Source: a virus
IMG/VR virus record: IMGVR_UViG_3300005095_000015
Location: 31,676 to 95,675 of that record
Length of the DNA: 64,000 nucleotides
Strand: one strand, 5' to 3'
A program made the position numbers and the translations under genes. The notes below the pieces were generated by a model. The model saw only the letters and a program-made list of their open reading frames with translations, was not told the DNA's origin and ran no database searches. The first letter of the stretch is position 1, and the number at the start of each line of letters is the position of its first letter. Of this stretch, positions 29,727 through 38,268 are shown piece by piece.

Positions 29727-29933
29727 ATGTTTTCCTTTGCTGAAGCATTAAAACTTCTAAACAAAGCTGTTAACATTCTACTCAAGGTCTATCGTAAGTA
29801 CCAACTCAAGGAAGTGGAGGAAACTTATGAAAAGATTCACGAGGATCCTGCTAATGCTTTTGCTGAGCACTTCGATACTAAGCTGCGCAAGATGCCCAAG
29901 ACCTCCAGCACAGATGATTCCTCCGAAGCCTAA
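29727..29933 (+). CDS. Putative inner-membrane spanin (Rz-like)
   Basis: Overlaps a lipoprotein ORF in another frame; N-terminus is amphipathic rather than a clear TM helix. Confidence 0.4.
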   Translation: MFSFAEALKLLNKAVNILLKVYRKYQLKEVEETYEKIHEDPANAFAEHFDTKLRKMPKTSSTDDSSEA

Positions 29934-30048
29934 CATTCATCCTTACAGCTGGAATGGAGGTATTTGCCTAGACAAGCAGGACACAGAGAACTTGTTGAAG
30001 TACATTGTTCAACTTGAAAACTGTTGCAAGGCTTGTATTACACAATAA
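29827..30048 (+). CDS. Putative outer-membrane lipoprotein spanin (Rz1-like)
   Basis: Signal peptide with lipobox ILSC; Pro-rich mature part; GGAGG RBS. Confidence 0.65.
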   Translation: MKRFTRILLMLLLSTSILSCARCPRPPAQMIPPKPNIHPYSWNGGICLDKQDTENLLKYIVQLENCCKACITQ

Positions 30049-30069
30049 CTCAAAGGAGGTGATTAAACT

Positions 30070-30291
30070 ATGAACGAAACAAAGAAATGGTGGCAAAGTA
30101 AGACAATTTGGGGAGCAATAGTTACTATACTTGCTATAATCTACGGACTTACAACAGGACACATGCCCTCCCAAGAAACCCAGCAAGCCATAACAAACAA
30201 CATTGGACAGATTGTCTCTGCCATAGTTGCCATTATAGGCGCTATTACTGCTATAATCGGACGGCTTAAAGCTGATAAGATTATAAAGTAG
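30070..30291 (+). CDS. Putative holin
   Basis: Two TM segments, WWQSKTIWG start, basic C-terminus. Confidence 0.7.
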   Translation: MNETKKWWQSKTIWGAIVTILAIIYGLTTGHMPSQETQQAITNNIGQIVSAIVAIIGAITAIIGRLKADKIIK

Positions 30292-30304
30292 CTTGCTAAT
30301 TCAA

Positions 30305-30324
30305 AGCCCGCTACCCAGCGGGCT
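30305..30324 (+). terminator. GC-rich hairpin after the holin gene (no U tract)
   Basis: AGCCCGCT-ACCC-AGCGGGCT. Confidence 0.45.
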
Positions 30325-30347
30325 ACTCCCCTAAAGGAGTTAGAGCG

Positions 30348-30650
30348 GTGAATGAATTTCAGTTTTTCGATAAGCATCCCTTTCTCGCAGGATTTGTGCT
30401 TATACTATGCATCCCACTTGCTTTAATAGTAAAAAACTTGCTTAAGTCTACAGGTATCGATTTGCAAAGATTTATTGAGAAGTTAACAAAAGTGGAATCA
30501 AACATAGACTTATTAGAAGAGAAACTGTCAAAGGAGTCTGACCTTGGTAAGTTGAGACACGAGCAAATTCTTTCCTCTTTGCGTGAGATAAAGGAAGAGA
30601 TCAGAGAGCTGAAGTCATCTATAAATAAAGGTAACTTCGGAGGACTGTAA
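30348..30650 (+). CDS. Single-TM coiled-coil protein (lysis-associated)
   Basis: N-terminal TM helix then coiled coil; GTG start with AAGGAG. Confidence 0.6.
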   Translation: MNEFQFFDKHPFLAGFVLILCIPLALIVKNLLKSTGIDLQRFIEKLTKVESNIDLLEEKLSKESDLGKLRHEQILSSLREIKEEIRELKSSINKGNFGGL

Positions 30651-31468
30651 TGCAACTTTGTAAACAGTGCAAAAAGCACTGCCTACCCATCAGTTTCTCA
30701 GACTACATAACTCAGTACTTCGGATTATTAGATGAGAATATAATTGTTCCTGACATAGAGATAGATAATGGTTTATTCAAACGAATGGCTAGGTTATCTT
30801 CAGCTACAGCTTCAGGACTTAGCTACTTCTACTCACTAAAAAGCGAAGTGATGAAGCAAATCTATAGCAGCACTATGTTTTTTCATGCTAGCACACTTTA
30901 CCTGATTGATATAGGTGTTGAATTGATTCTCGACTGGTACAAGGTTATCTCTGCTTGGAACAAGTTTCTTGGTATTAGGGATGAGAAGTGCAGGAATTTT
31001 AATTCTTTCTTAGTGTCGTCGTTTAAAGAACTGATTACGAAGGCAATAAAAGTGAAGAGAAAGCTCGGTGATGTATTGTCAGAGAGAGGGCAACTCATTG
31101 CCGAGTATACGATAAAAAGCCATAGCAAAGTTGGTGAGCAATGGTTTTACCCAAAGTTAAAAGAACTCGATCCTAGTAAGAGCGAGGATTTTTATGTAAA
31201 TTTTGTTTACGAAGTAACATCTTTGCTTTCAACCTTTATCAATGTATTTATAGGTGTTGCCTTGAGTGCTGATCAGCTATTAGAGAACAAAAGGATAATT
31301 TACACACAAGGATTTGCCCATCTGTTTTTAGACGGTGTTGATGTAGTAAAGATTTTAGTTAACACTATAGGGATTGAACCTAGAGAGGTTAGAGTGCTCA
31401 GACCTGACATATTGACCACAGCAAGGATAAATGTAGCTGAGCTGGGTTTGCATAGCCATGTGTATTAG
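30650..31468 (+). CDS. Hypothetical protein
   Basis: Long ORF translationally coupled to its neighbours; N-terminal CxxCxxxC. Confidence 0.65.
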   Translation: MQLCKQCKKHCLPISFSDYITQYFGLLDENIIVPDIEIDNGLFKRMARLSSATASGLSYFYSLKSEVMKQIYSSTMFFHASTLYLIDIGVELILDWYKVISAWNKFLGIRDEKCRNFNSFLVSSFKELITKAIKVKRKLGDVLSERGQLIAEYTIKSHSKVGEQWFYPKLKELDPSKSEDFYVNFVYEVTSLLSTFINVFIGVALSADQLLENKRIIYTQGFAHLFLDGVDVVKILVNTIGIEPREVRVLRPDILTTARINVAELGLHSHVY

Positions 31469-31943
31469 AATCGCTGCATTTAAGGGAATAACTCTTACCT
31501 CTAAAATAATCAGGTTCTGGACTAGAAGCTGTTACTCACATGTTGCTTATGTGTTTGATGAGGGAATTATAGAAGCGTGGAAATTTAAAGGTGGTATGAG
31601 ATGGGGTTACTCCGATTGGAGCTTGCACACTCCAGGCACTCCAGTTGAGATTTGGGAGAAAGAAGTTACCCCCGAGCAAAAGGCTATAGTTGAAGGTGTG
31701 CTTAAGGCTATGGCTAATGCTAAGACTAAGTATGACTGGAAAGGGATTCTGGGTTTTGTGGTTAAGTGTGATGATTGGAAGGATAAGTACTTTTGTAGTG
31801 AGGGTGTTGCTTATGCATTGGTCAAAGCAGGTATTTGGCCTAAAGAGTTAAACATCCATGTAATCCATCCAGGCTACTTTGTACAATTAGCCTTGGTTTC
31901 AGGATTTAAAAAGATAAAAGAGTTTACAGTAGGGAGGTGTTAG
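31458..31943 (+). CDS. Permuted NlpC/P60 (YiiX/YaeF-like) papain-fold enzyme
   Basis: YSHVA precedes YDW and FCSE (His-before-Cys order). Confidence 0.8.
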   Translation: MCIRIAAFKGITLTSKIIRFWTRSCYSHVAYVFDEGIIEAWKFKGGMRWGYSDWSLHTPGTPVEIWEKEVTPEQKAIVEGVLKAMANAKTKYDWKGILGFVVKCDDWKDKYFCSEGVAYALVKAGIWPKELNIHVIHPGYFVQLALVSGFKKIKEFTVGRC

Positions 31944-31946
31944 GTT

Positions 31947-32339
31947 ATGGCTATAACAGTGTACACTTGGAATGGTAGTGGATGGAACGATCCTGTTACA
32001 GCTGATACTTCACTGGTTTTTACACAGGAGACATTCCGTCAAGATGTAGTGCTTTTGTATGTCGATTACACCAAAGGCGATGAGATAGGTTTGTTTTTAA
32101 CAGCCTATTTCAAGGATTCTGATGTTGATGCGTTCTTTCAAGATAGCTATGTTGCTTCTGACATTTTATCAAACCGTACGATGTCCACTCCAGTGAGTGG
32201 AACATTTAGAGTACCGATTCCAGTCGGTATGAATGAAAGCGAGGTACAGATTAACATAGAATTGCAAGGAGCAACCACTTCTCCAGGCACAGTGAAAATA
32301 TGGGCTAAGCCTACAATCATAGGAGGAAACTATGCGTAA
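31947..32339 (+). CDS. Hypothetical beta-rich virion protein
   Basis: ORF with structural-protein composition. Confidence 0.6.
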   Translation: MAITVYTWNGSGWNDPVTADTSLVFTQETFRQDVVLLYVDYTKGDEIGLFLTAYFKDSDVDAFFQDSYVASDILSNRTMSTPVSGTFRVPIPVGMNESEVQINIELQGATTSPGTVKIWAKPTIIGGNYA

Positions 32340-33117
32340 ACTAAACTCTTTGCTTCCTGGGTTTTACTCTTACAAACCTTTGCAGAATGTAGCTCCATAT
32401 TGTACCGTTACAACTTCCGGTTGGACAGGCAGTAAAACAGGTGAAGTTTTAACAACTGTAACTACTGCTACTGCAAGTCCAATAACTGGAAAAATTTCAT
32501 TGCCCCCAGTTAATCCATTATCTTCTTTTACTGTCCACTATACTATTGGGACCGTTACTCATAGTGTTACAGCAGATGAAAACGGTAATTTGTCTGACGG
32601 TAATCTAACTGGAACAATTGCTCAGGATGGGACATACAGTTTAAGTTTTACCACATTACCAACTGCTGGAACTGATATTACTGCTGATTATAGTTATGGT
32701 ATTCCACCTGCAAATATTGAGAATGCTTTAGACCCTTCAAATCCAAATCCAAGTGACTGGGGGTGGAAAACTTTAATTGCAAGCGGTAGAATAGGAAGTA
32801 TTGGAATTACTCCACCAACTCCAGGACATTATCTAATAGGGATTGATAGTGGATTTTTAACCCTAGAAGCACTAGGATATACAGTTTGGTGCATTCCGTT
32901 ATATTCATGGATAACTGGAGGTACAGGAGATTGGGGAATCGCTACTATACAAGGAGGCTTAACTGCCCAAACTTATGAAAGACGAAGAACCTCTTTATTT
33001 GTATTTTATTCTTATGACCCTGCTGTTACTGACAAACTAATTTTACAATTTTCAACTAATGGAGGAAGTAGTTACAAAATACGCTTATACAATATAGTAG
33101 TTTATAAATTAAGCTAG
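32332..33117 (+). CDS. Putative virion protein carrying the shared beta module
   Basis: TVHYTIGT...ADENGNL...GTI...LSF..PTAGTDITADY matches the baseplate and capsid insertion. Confidence 0.7.
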   Translation: MRKLNSLLPGFYSYKPLQNVAPYCTVTTSGWTGSKTGEVLTTVTTATASPITGKISLPPVNPLSSFTVHYTIGTVTHSVTADENGNLSDGNLTGTIAQDGTYSLSFTTLPTAGTDITADYSYGIPPANIENALDPSNPNPSDWGWKTLIASGRIGSIGITPPTPGHYLIGIDSGFLTLEALGYTVWCIPLYSWITGGTGDWGIATIQGGLTAQTYERRRTSLFVFYSYDPAVTDKLILQFSTNGGSSYKIRLYNIVVYKLS

Positions 33118-33127
33118 GAGATAAGAA

Positions 33128-33625
33128 ATGCTTTATGACATAACAAATTTAGAAAAAACACCACATTATTCTTTTCAAAATTTGCCTCTTTATGTTTATC
33201 AAGACTTAGGAACTTTTAGAATTTTAACTGATGGTTATTATCTCTACAAAGAATTTCCAAACAGAAAAGGTATAGAACCATTTCCAATTGCAGAAGGTTT
33301 GCCAAACCATATTCTTGTAGAAGCTTCTCCTATTGATCAATTCTTTATGTCTTTAAAAGAAGATGTAAAACAACTTGCAATCGCTTTCATTAAAACTAAT
33401 CCTACTTGTCTACTTATGGATGTTATAGGTTATATAGAAGCTCAAAGAGACGAAACTTGTGCAGACCTTTGCAAAGTGTTACTTGAAGCTTACGGTAAAG
33501 TAGGAAATTCAAGGGGATTATTTACTTTTCCTGACAATGCTACAGCAGACCAAAAATTTGAAATATTAAGAGATTTTATAGTAAACACACCTTTAGAAGA
33601 TTTGGAAGATTTGTTAAACTCTTAG
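33128..33625 (+). CDS. Hypothetical protein (AT-rich gene)
   Basis: AGGAG RBS; intact ORF. Confidence 0.65.
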   Translation: MLYDITNLEKTPHYSFQNLPLYVYQDLGTFRILTDGYYLYKEFPNRKGIEPFPIAEGLPNHILVEASPIDQFFMSLKEDVKQLAIAFIKTNPTCLLMDVIGYIEAQRDETCADLCKVLLEAYGKVGNSRGLFTFPDNATADQKFEILRDFIVNTPLEDLEDLLNS

Positions 33626-33637
33626 GAGGTTGTGTAA

Positions 33638-34216
33638 ATGGGTAAGTACTCTGTGCAGTTTTTCATGGGTGATTATCCTTACAGGCAAATGCTTGCAAAC
33701 GAAGCTGGTGTAGATGTTTATATCGAGCAGCACTTCAATAGTGGACCAAAAGAAGCCGATTACTGTATGGCAGTTGTTGCTCACAATGCAAGTGAAAAGT
33801 CAATTGAGATTGCTGAGACTTACGCTGACTTTGTATCTAATCGATTTAAGATACCGAAGTTTAAAGGTAACCCCGAAGGGGTTAAAAAATGCAAGTTCAG
33901 AGAACGAGGAGATTTCAATCTAAGATTTACCAAAATGCCAGCCGTCTTACTTGAACCTCTGTTCGTTTCAAATGCTGAGCATGTAAAGATATTAATTGAT
34001 AAACAGGGTTATTATGACTTAGCTGAGATTTTAGTAGATACAATTCGTAAACACTTTCCGAATGGAGCGAAGGTAGGTTTCTCTGTAGGGCATAAGTATA
34101 AACGCAAATCCCCTTTAGATCGTGGAGCACCAGTGAGGGGATACCCGGAATTCTTCGAGGCAGACATTGCTGAGTGGGTATTATGGATAGCTAGGAGTAT
34201 GCTTGAGTTAATCTAA
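33638..34216 (+). CDS. Endolysin: N-acetylmuramoyl-L-alanine amidase (Amidase_3), circularly permuted
   Basis: R..AN....D.YIEQHFNS, MPAVLLEPLFVSN; the usual N-terminal VGH...DRGA...E motif is at the C-terminus. Confidence 0.8.
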   Translation: MGKYSVQFFMGDYPYRQMLANEAGVDVYIEQHFNSGPKEADYCMAVVAHNASEKSIEIAETYADFVSNRFKIPKFKGNPEGVKKCKFRERGDFNLRFTKMPAVLLEPLFVSNAEHVKILIDKQGYYDLAEILVDTIRKHFPNGAKVGFSVGHKYKRKSPLDRGAPVRGYPEFFEADIAEWVLWIARSMLELI

Positions 34217-34227
34217 GGAGGAACATA

Positions 34228-35550
34228 ATGTCTATCCTTGCTCTTTCAACAGGAATTGAACTTGGACTTATCACCGAGCTTGCTAAACACGATAAGGTTT
34301 ATCTCTTTGCTGATTACATTTCCCCTTTTCCTGAGTTTGAAGAGCTTGCTATAGGCAGAAATTTACCTAACATAGAACCTATAACGACTTTAGATATAGA
34401 GCTTAAACAAATCAGCAAGGTAGTTGCTTTTGACTGTTACTTTGGATTCATTATAGAGTTGTTCAAAAGGTTAAATATTCCAACTTTTGGCGCTGGTAAT
34501 GAGGCAGAGCTGGAGAACAATCGTAAGTTACAAAAACAGCTCATACCTAATCCATCTCCTTACGAAGAGACAACCTTTGACAATCTAAAACCAGGTAAAG
34601 TCATCAAGGTTAATCCTATCTACAGAGGCTCTTTTGAGACTGCCGTGGTAAGAACACAGGCTGAGCTCGACTTCTTCAAGGAAATGCTTAAGCGTAATGG
34701 TGGACCTCTGGCTGAGGAGATAACCTATTTTGAAGAGGATGTTCTTGACATAGAATTTGAGATTGGAATAGATACTGTGTGCCTTGGTAATGGTTTAGAG
34801 TTTCCCTTGTTCTTTGGTATAGAGCAAAGCAAGAGCACCTATATGGCTGTGGTTATATCTGACTGGGAATCTTTAAGTAGATTCCCACTCTATAAAAACA
34901 CTTTTGCCTTACATGAAGTGCTCAAAAAGTACGGTTACAAAGGATTCTTCAGTACAGAAGAGATTGTAACAAAAAGCCGTCCATCTGAGTCTTACCTCAT
35001 TGATATTTGCATGAGAGCTCCTTTCCCACTTGGATGTTCTTACCCAAAGTTCTATAACAACTTTGCTAACATAGTACTAAAAGAGAAAAAGCCAAGAATA
35101 GATGCTAAGTTTGTAGTTTCTATTCCTCTAACCACCAGATTAGCAAACGACTACTTTGTGCCAGCTATCTTTAAAGACCAAACTATGTTTAACAAGTACA
35201 TAACTCTACAAACTTTCTACAAACCGAAGAAGCAACCAAGAAATGCCATTCTGCTCTATTACATAAAAGGTTATAGCAATATAGGTACAGTAACTTTGCT
35301 TTACAACGAGATTCCACCCGCAGACAGAATACTTGAGGATTATAACAAAGTAGTACAAACCATAGAAATCCCAGACTTGGTTGATGAAACAGGTACTATT
35401 GCTGAAAACTACGAATCGTTTATTCAAGCTCTAAACTTCTATGGTTATAATACTAAAAACAAAACTCAAATCTTTATTAACCAGCCAGAGGAGTCTTTCA
35501 GACCAGCTATTAAGGCAAAGGATGTATTAAAACTCCTTGAGATGAGGTAG
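34228..35550 (+). CDS. ATP-grasp ligase, PurD-like
   Basis: IPTFGAG.EAELE.NR..QK and YKGFFSTE.IV...YLID...R..FP resemble PurD segments. Confidence 0.6.
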   Translation: MSILALSTGIELGLITELAKHDKVYLFADYISPFPEFEELAIGRNLPNIEPITTLDIELKQISKVVAFDCYFGFIIELFKRLNIPTFGAGNEAELENNRKLQKQLIPNPSPYEETTFDNLKPGKVIKVNPIYRGSFETAVVRTQAELDFFKEMLKRNGGPLAEEITYFEEDVLDIEFEIGIDTVCLGNGLEFPLFFGIEQSKSTYMAVVISDWESLSRFPLYKNTFALHEVLKKYGYKGFFSTEEIVTKSRPSESYLIDICMRAPFPLGCSYPKFYNNFANIVLKEKKPRIDAKFVVSIPLTTRLANDYFVPAIFKDQTMFNKYITLQTFYKPKKQPRNAILLYYIKGYSNIGTVTLLYNEIPPADRILEDYNKVVQTIEIPDLVDETGTIAENYESFIQALNFYGYNTKNKTQIFINQPEESFRPAIKAKDVLKLLEMR

Positions 35551-35555
35551 GAAAT

Positions 35556-35873
35556 ATGGCTAAAAAGATAGTTCTGAACAAAAAACAAAAGCTATACGGT
35601 TACCTCAAAACTGGACATTATGTAAGGCAGAAGCTTGCAAGCGATAAAGGTTGAAAGGAATATAGAGTAAAACCCGTGAAGCTGGGTGTGAAACTTCTGC
35701 TTTGTGTAACAGATAAGAAAGGACCTGAAGGTGGCAAAACAAAAGCTGTAGCTATCTTAAGAGACATCAAAGTTGACCTGCGTAAGTATAGAAAGAAAGG
35801 CAAGAAGATGATAGCTAAGGCTATAAAGAAAGCGAGAAAACTCAAGAGAAAGGAAAGAAAGGAGGAATCATTT
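35556..35873 (+). pseudogene. Basic protein interrupted by an in-frame TGA (35652-35654), continuing in frame into the next gene
   Basis: ATG 35556, TGA 35652, GTG 35676 and ATG 35874 are all in one frame; DKG*KEYRVK. Confidence 0.45.
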
Positions 35874-36326
35874 ATGTCAAAAGCAGTACAATTGCTCGCT
35901 CTCGTCGAAGCTATACAGCAGAGCAAACTTAACGAGCTTTATTTTGCCTATGTCCTGCTTGAATCTTATCTATCTTACAAAAACTACTCACTCAGCAAGT
36001 TAGAACATGGAATAGAAATAAGAATAAACAAAGAAATAGACTTTAGTAAAGATCTTCAAGATGCTATAGAGGAAAACGAATTTAAACAAGTTGCTGAGAA
36101 GTTTCTAAGCAAAGGTATAGAGATTGGAAGTGAGGATTATGGGGTGCCTGAGCAGTGGCCAGGTGGAATCGTAACAAAAGGTAAAGCAATGTCAATTCAT
36201 TACCACTTAACAGGTAAAGGTAGGTATTTAGGCGAATATAAGTTGCAACTTAACTCCGTTCTTGTTAAAGCAAAGCCAGGAAAGGAGGTGAAAGAAGAGG
36301 AGCTGGAGAATCCATTTAAAGCTTAG
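35874..36326 (+). CDS. Hypothetical protein with MSKAVQLLALVE leader
   Basis: AAGGAGG before ATG 35874; shared leader. Confidence 0.7.
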   Translation: MSKAVQLLALVEAIQQSKLNELYFAYVLLESYLSYKNYSLSKLEHGIEIRINKEIDFSKDLQDAIEENEFKQVAEKFLSKGIEIGSEDYGVPEQWPGGIVTKGKAMSIHYHLTGKGRYLGEYKLQLNSVLVKAKPGKEVKEEELENPFKA

Positions 36327-36332
36327 CTCTTC

Positions 36333-37263
36333 GTGGAGGGAACAACATTGAAAATTGCTCCTGAACTCTGGCGTAAGGCTTTGCTCGTATGGAAGAAACA
36401 CTTAGAAGTTGAAGGTAAGCCTATAGGTAGAAAGAAGTTTGCTGAGGTTCTTGAGATATCAGAGCAGTTGGCAAGAGGATTGCTTTTCGCTATAGAGAAC
36501 AAGGAGATCATCGGCTTACAACCAACAGAAGAGCAAATTGCAGGGCTTAGAACAGCACTTGTTTTGGCTGACCTTCACATTCCGTTCCTTGATAGATCAG
36601 CCCTAAGTGCTGTATTTAGTTATCTTGAGGAGCAAAAAGTAAAACCTGATTTGATGGTGTTGCTTGGTGATGTGCTTGACTTCTTTAAAATTTCGAGGTT
36701 TCCAAGGGCAAAAGACAACACGAAGCCTTCGGTGCTTGAGGAGATAACCCAAACACAAGTCTTTCTTAAAGAACTAAGGGGTAAGTTCCCTGAAGCAAAA
36801 ATCATTTACTACGAAGGTAACCATGAACGCAGGTTGACTACTTATATAATGCAAAATGCAAGTGAAATATATGGAGTTAGTAATGAATTTATTGGAGGAA
36901 AAACTTGGGCTTAAAGAGTTAGATATAGAATATCGCTCATGCCCTTTTAGAATTGGTAAACTTTGGTTTCTTCACGGGCATGAGCGTCCTGGCGGAAGCT
37001 ACAACCCTGAATACATCACAAATGTTATTTGGAAGTATGTACATGATCACTTCATTGTAGGGCATTTCCATAGAAACCAGGAAAAGGTATTTAAACGCAT
37101 AGACGGAGAGCTTTACTGGGGTGGAGCGGTTGGGCATCTTGCTACCACTTTTGAGTATGCTATTTTGAATAACTGGACGCAGGGTTTCGCTATAGTTAAA
37201 TATGATGAGCAAGGCAGATTTAAGGCAGAAATAAAAACTATTTACAACGGCGAGGTTTACTAA
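36333..37263 (+). pseudogene. Calcineurin-like metallophosphoesterase split by a +1 frameshift near 36870
   Basis: DLH, GD, GNHE in 36333..36914; HGH and GHFH in 36856..37263. Confidence 0.75.
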
Positions 37264-37569
37264 ATGACTTACCTAACTAAAGAAGAACTCAAGCTACTTA
37301 ATAGAATAAGAAGCAAAGTGTTACGGATCATAGAAAAGGAGTTTGAAAAGGCTGGTATTGATCAGGCTTACTATGAGTTTACGCTGAAAGTGGATTTGCT
37401 GGAAAGCGCGACTTTTAGGAAGCTTGGAGAGATAATTTTGATTGATGATCATGCTAGATTTTGCGCCTTTTGCGGTAGAAAGACCTACTACTATGATTAC
37501 AATCTGCATGCTCCTATATGCGCGGAATGTTATAGCAAAATCAACAAAACTGCTCAGGAGGTGAGATAA
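37264..37569 (+). CDS. Zinc-finger hypothetical protein
   Basis: CAFC...CAEC. Confidence 0.6.
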   Translation: MTYLTKEELKLLNRIRSKVLRIIEKEFEKAGIDQAYYEFTLKVDLLESATFRKLGEIILIDDHARFCAFCGRKTYYYDYNLHAPICAECYSKINKTAQEVR

Positions 37570-37570
37570 G

Positions 37571-37798
37571 ATGAGTAAGGCAAGGGAGTTGCTGGAGCTT
37601 GTGGAACAAATGGGAGGAAGCGGGCAAGGTGTAGGTAATCCAAGGGTTGGAGACGGTGGAACAGATGTTTGTGTTTGTCCTAACTGCGGATACGAAGAAC
37701 CGCACGAAAAAGGAGTACCTTGCAATCAGAAAAAGTGTCCCAAGTGCGGAACACCAATGGTAGGTAAGCGAGAAAACAGCGAAGGAGGTGAGGAGTAA
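37571..37798 (+). CDS. Small Cys-rich metal-binding protein with MSKARELLELVE leader
   Basis: CVCPNCG...PH..GVPC...CPKCG. Confidence 0.75.
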   Translation: MSKARELLELVEQMGGSGQGVGNPRVGDGGTDVCVCPNCGYEEPHEKGVPCNQKKCPKCGTPMVGKRENSEGGEE

Positions 37799-38067
37799 TG
37801 AGCAGGGCAAAACAGATCTTAGACCTTTACGAGAAATGGGTTCAAAAGGTTAAGGTTAAGCATCATCCGCCTGAGGGGCTCTTCAAGGAAGGATCAGCCG
37901 AAGACATCGCTAAGTGGGCTAAGAAGACTCACAAGGACTTAAAGTCTGCTATGGCTGCACTTAACTTCTTTTTAAATCGTGGTGGAAAGGGAGTTGATCC
38001 TAAAATCAAGAAAAAGGTTGAAAAGGCTAAGGAGTTACTTAGGAAGATGTTTGGAGAAAAGGAGTAA
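37798..38067 (+). CDS. DUF3175-like protein with MSRAKQILDLYE leader
   Basis: PEGLF, SAM..LNFFLNRGG, EKAKELLR; family recognised from memory. Confidence 0.65.
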   Translation: MSRAKQILDLYEKWVQKVKVKHHPPEGLFKEGSAEDIAKWAKKTHKDLKSAMAALNFFLNRGGKGVDPKIKKKVEKAKELLRKMFGEKE

Positions 38068-38079
38068 TGGTCTCATTTT

Positions 38080-38113
38080 GCCCAGTCCCGCTCGCCGGGC
38101 TGGGTTTCTTTTT
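38080..38113 (+). terminator. Rho-independent terminator ending the late region
   Basis: GCCCAGTCC/GGGCTGGGT stem then TTCTTTTT. Confidence 0.8.
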
Positions 38114-38199
38114 AGTAAAAATTCTTAAAAATTTGGAAAACCATTAGCGATCATCAAATAATTCCCTGTAATTAAGTTTAATCAACTTTATTTCAGATT

Positions 38200-38240
38200 T
38201 TTGAGACTTGTATTTTTAAAAAATCTTATTATATTTAAAA
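38200..38240 (+). promoter_or_regulatory. Possible sigma70-type promoter for the AAA+/VWA genes
   Basis: AT-rich; TTGTAT...TATATT candidates; spacing is not ideal. Confidence 0.35.
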
Positions 38241-38268
38241 GTAAGAACAAAATAAGAGGAGGACAAAG

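Noticed and set aside
35652-35654. Genome-wide TGA recoding (Trp or Sec)
   Set aside because: TGA ends many genes, often in ATGA overlaps (13829, 16236, 26792, 47157), and conserved genes contain no internal TGA
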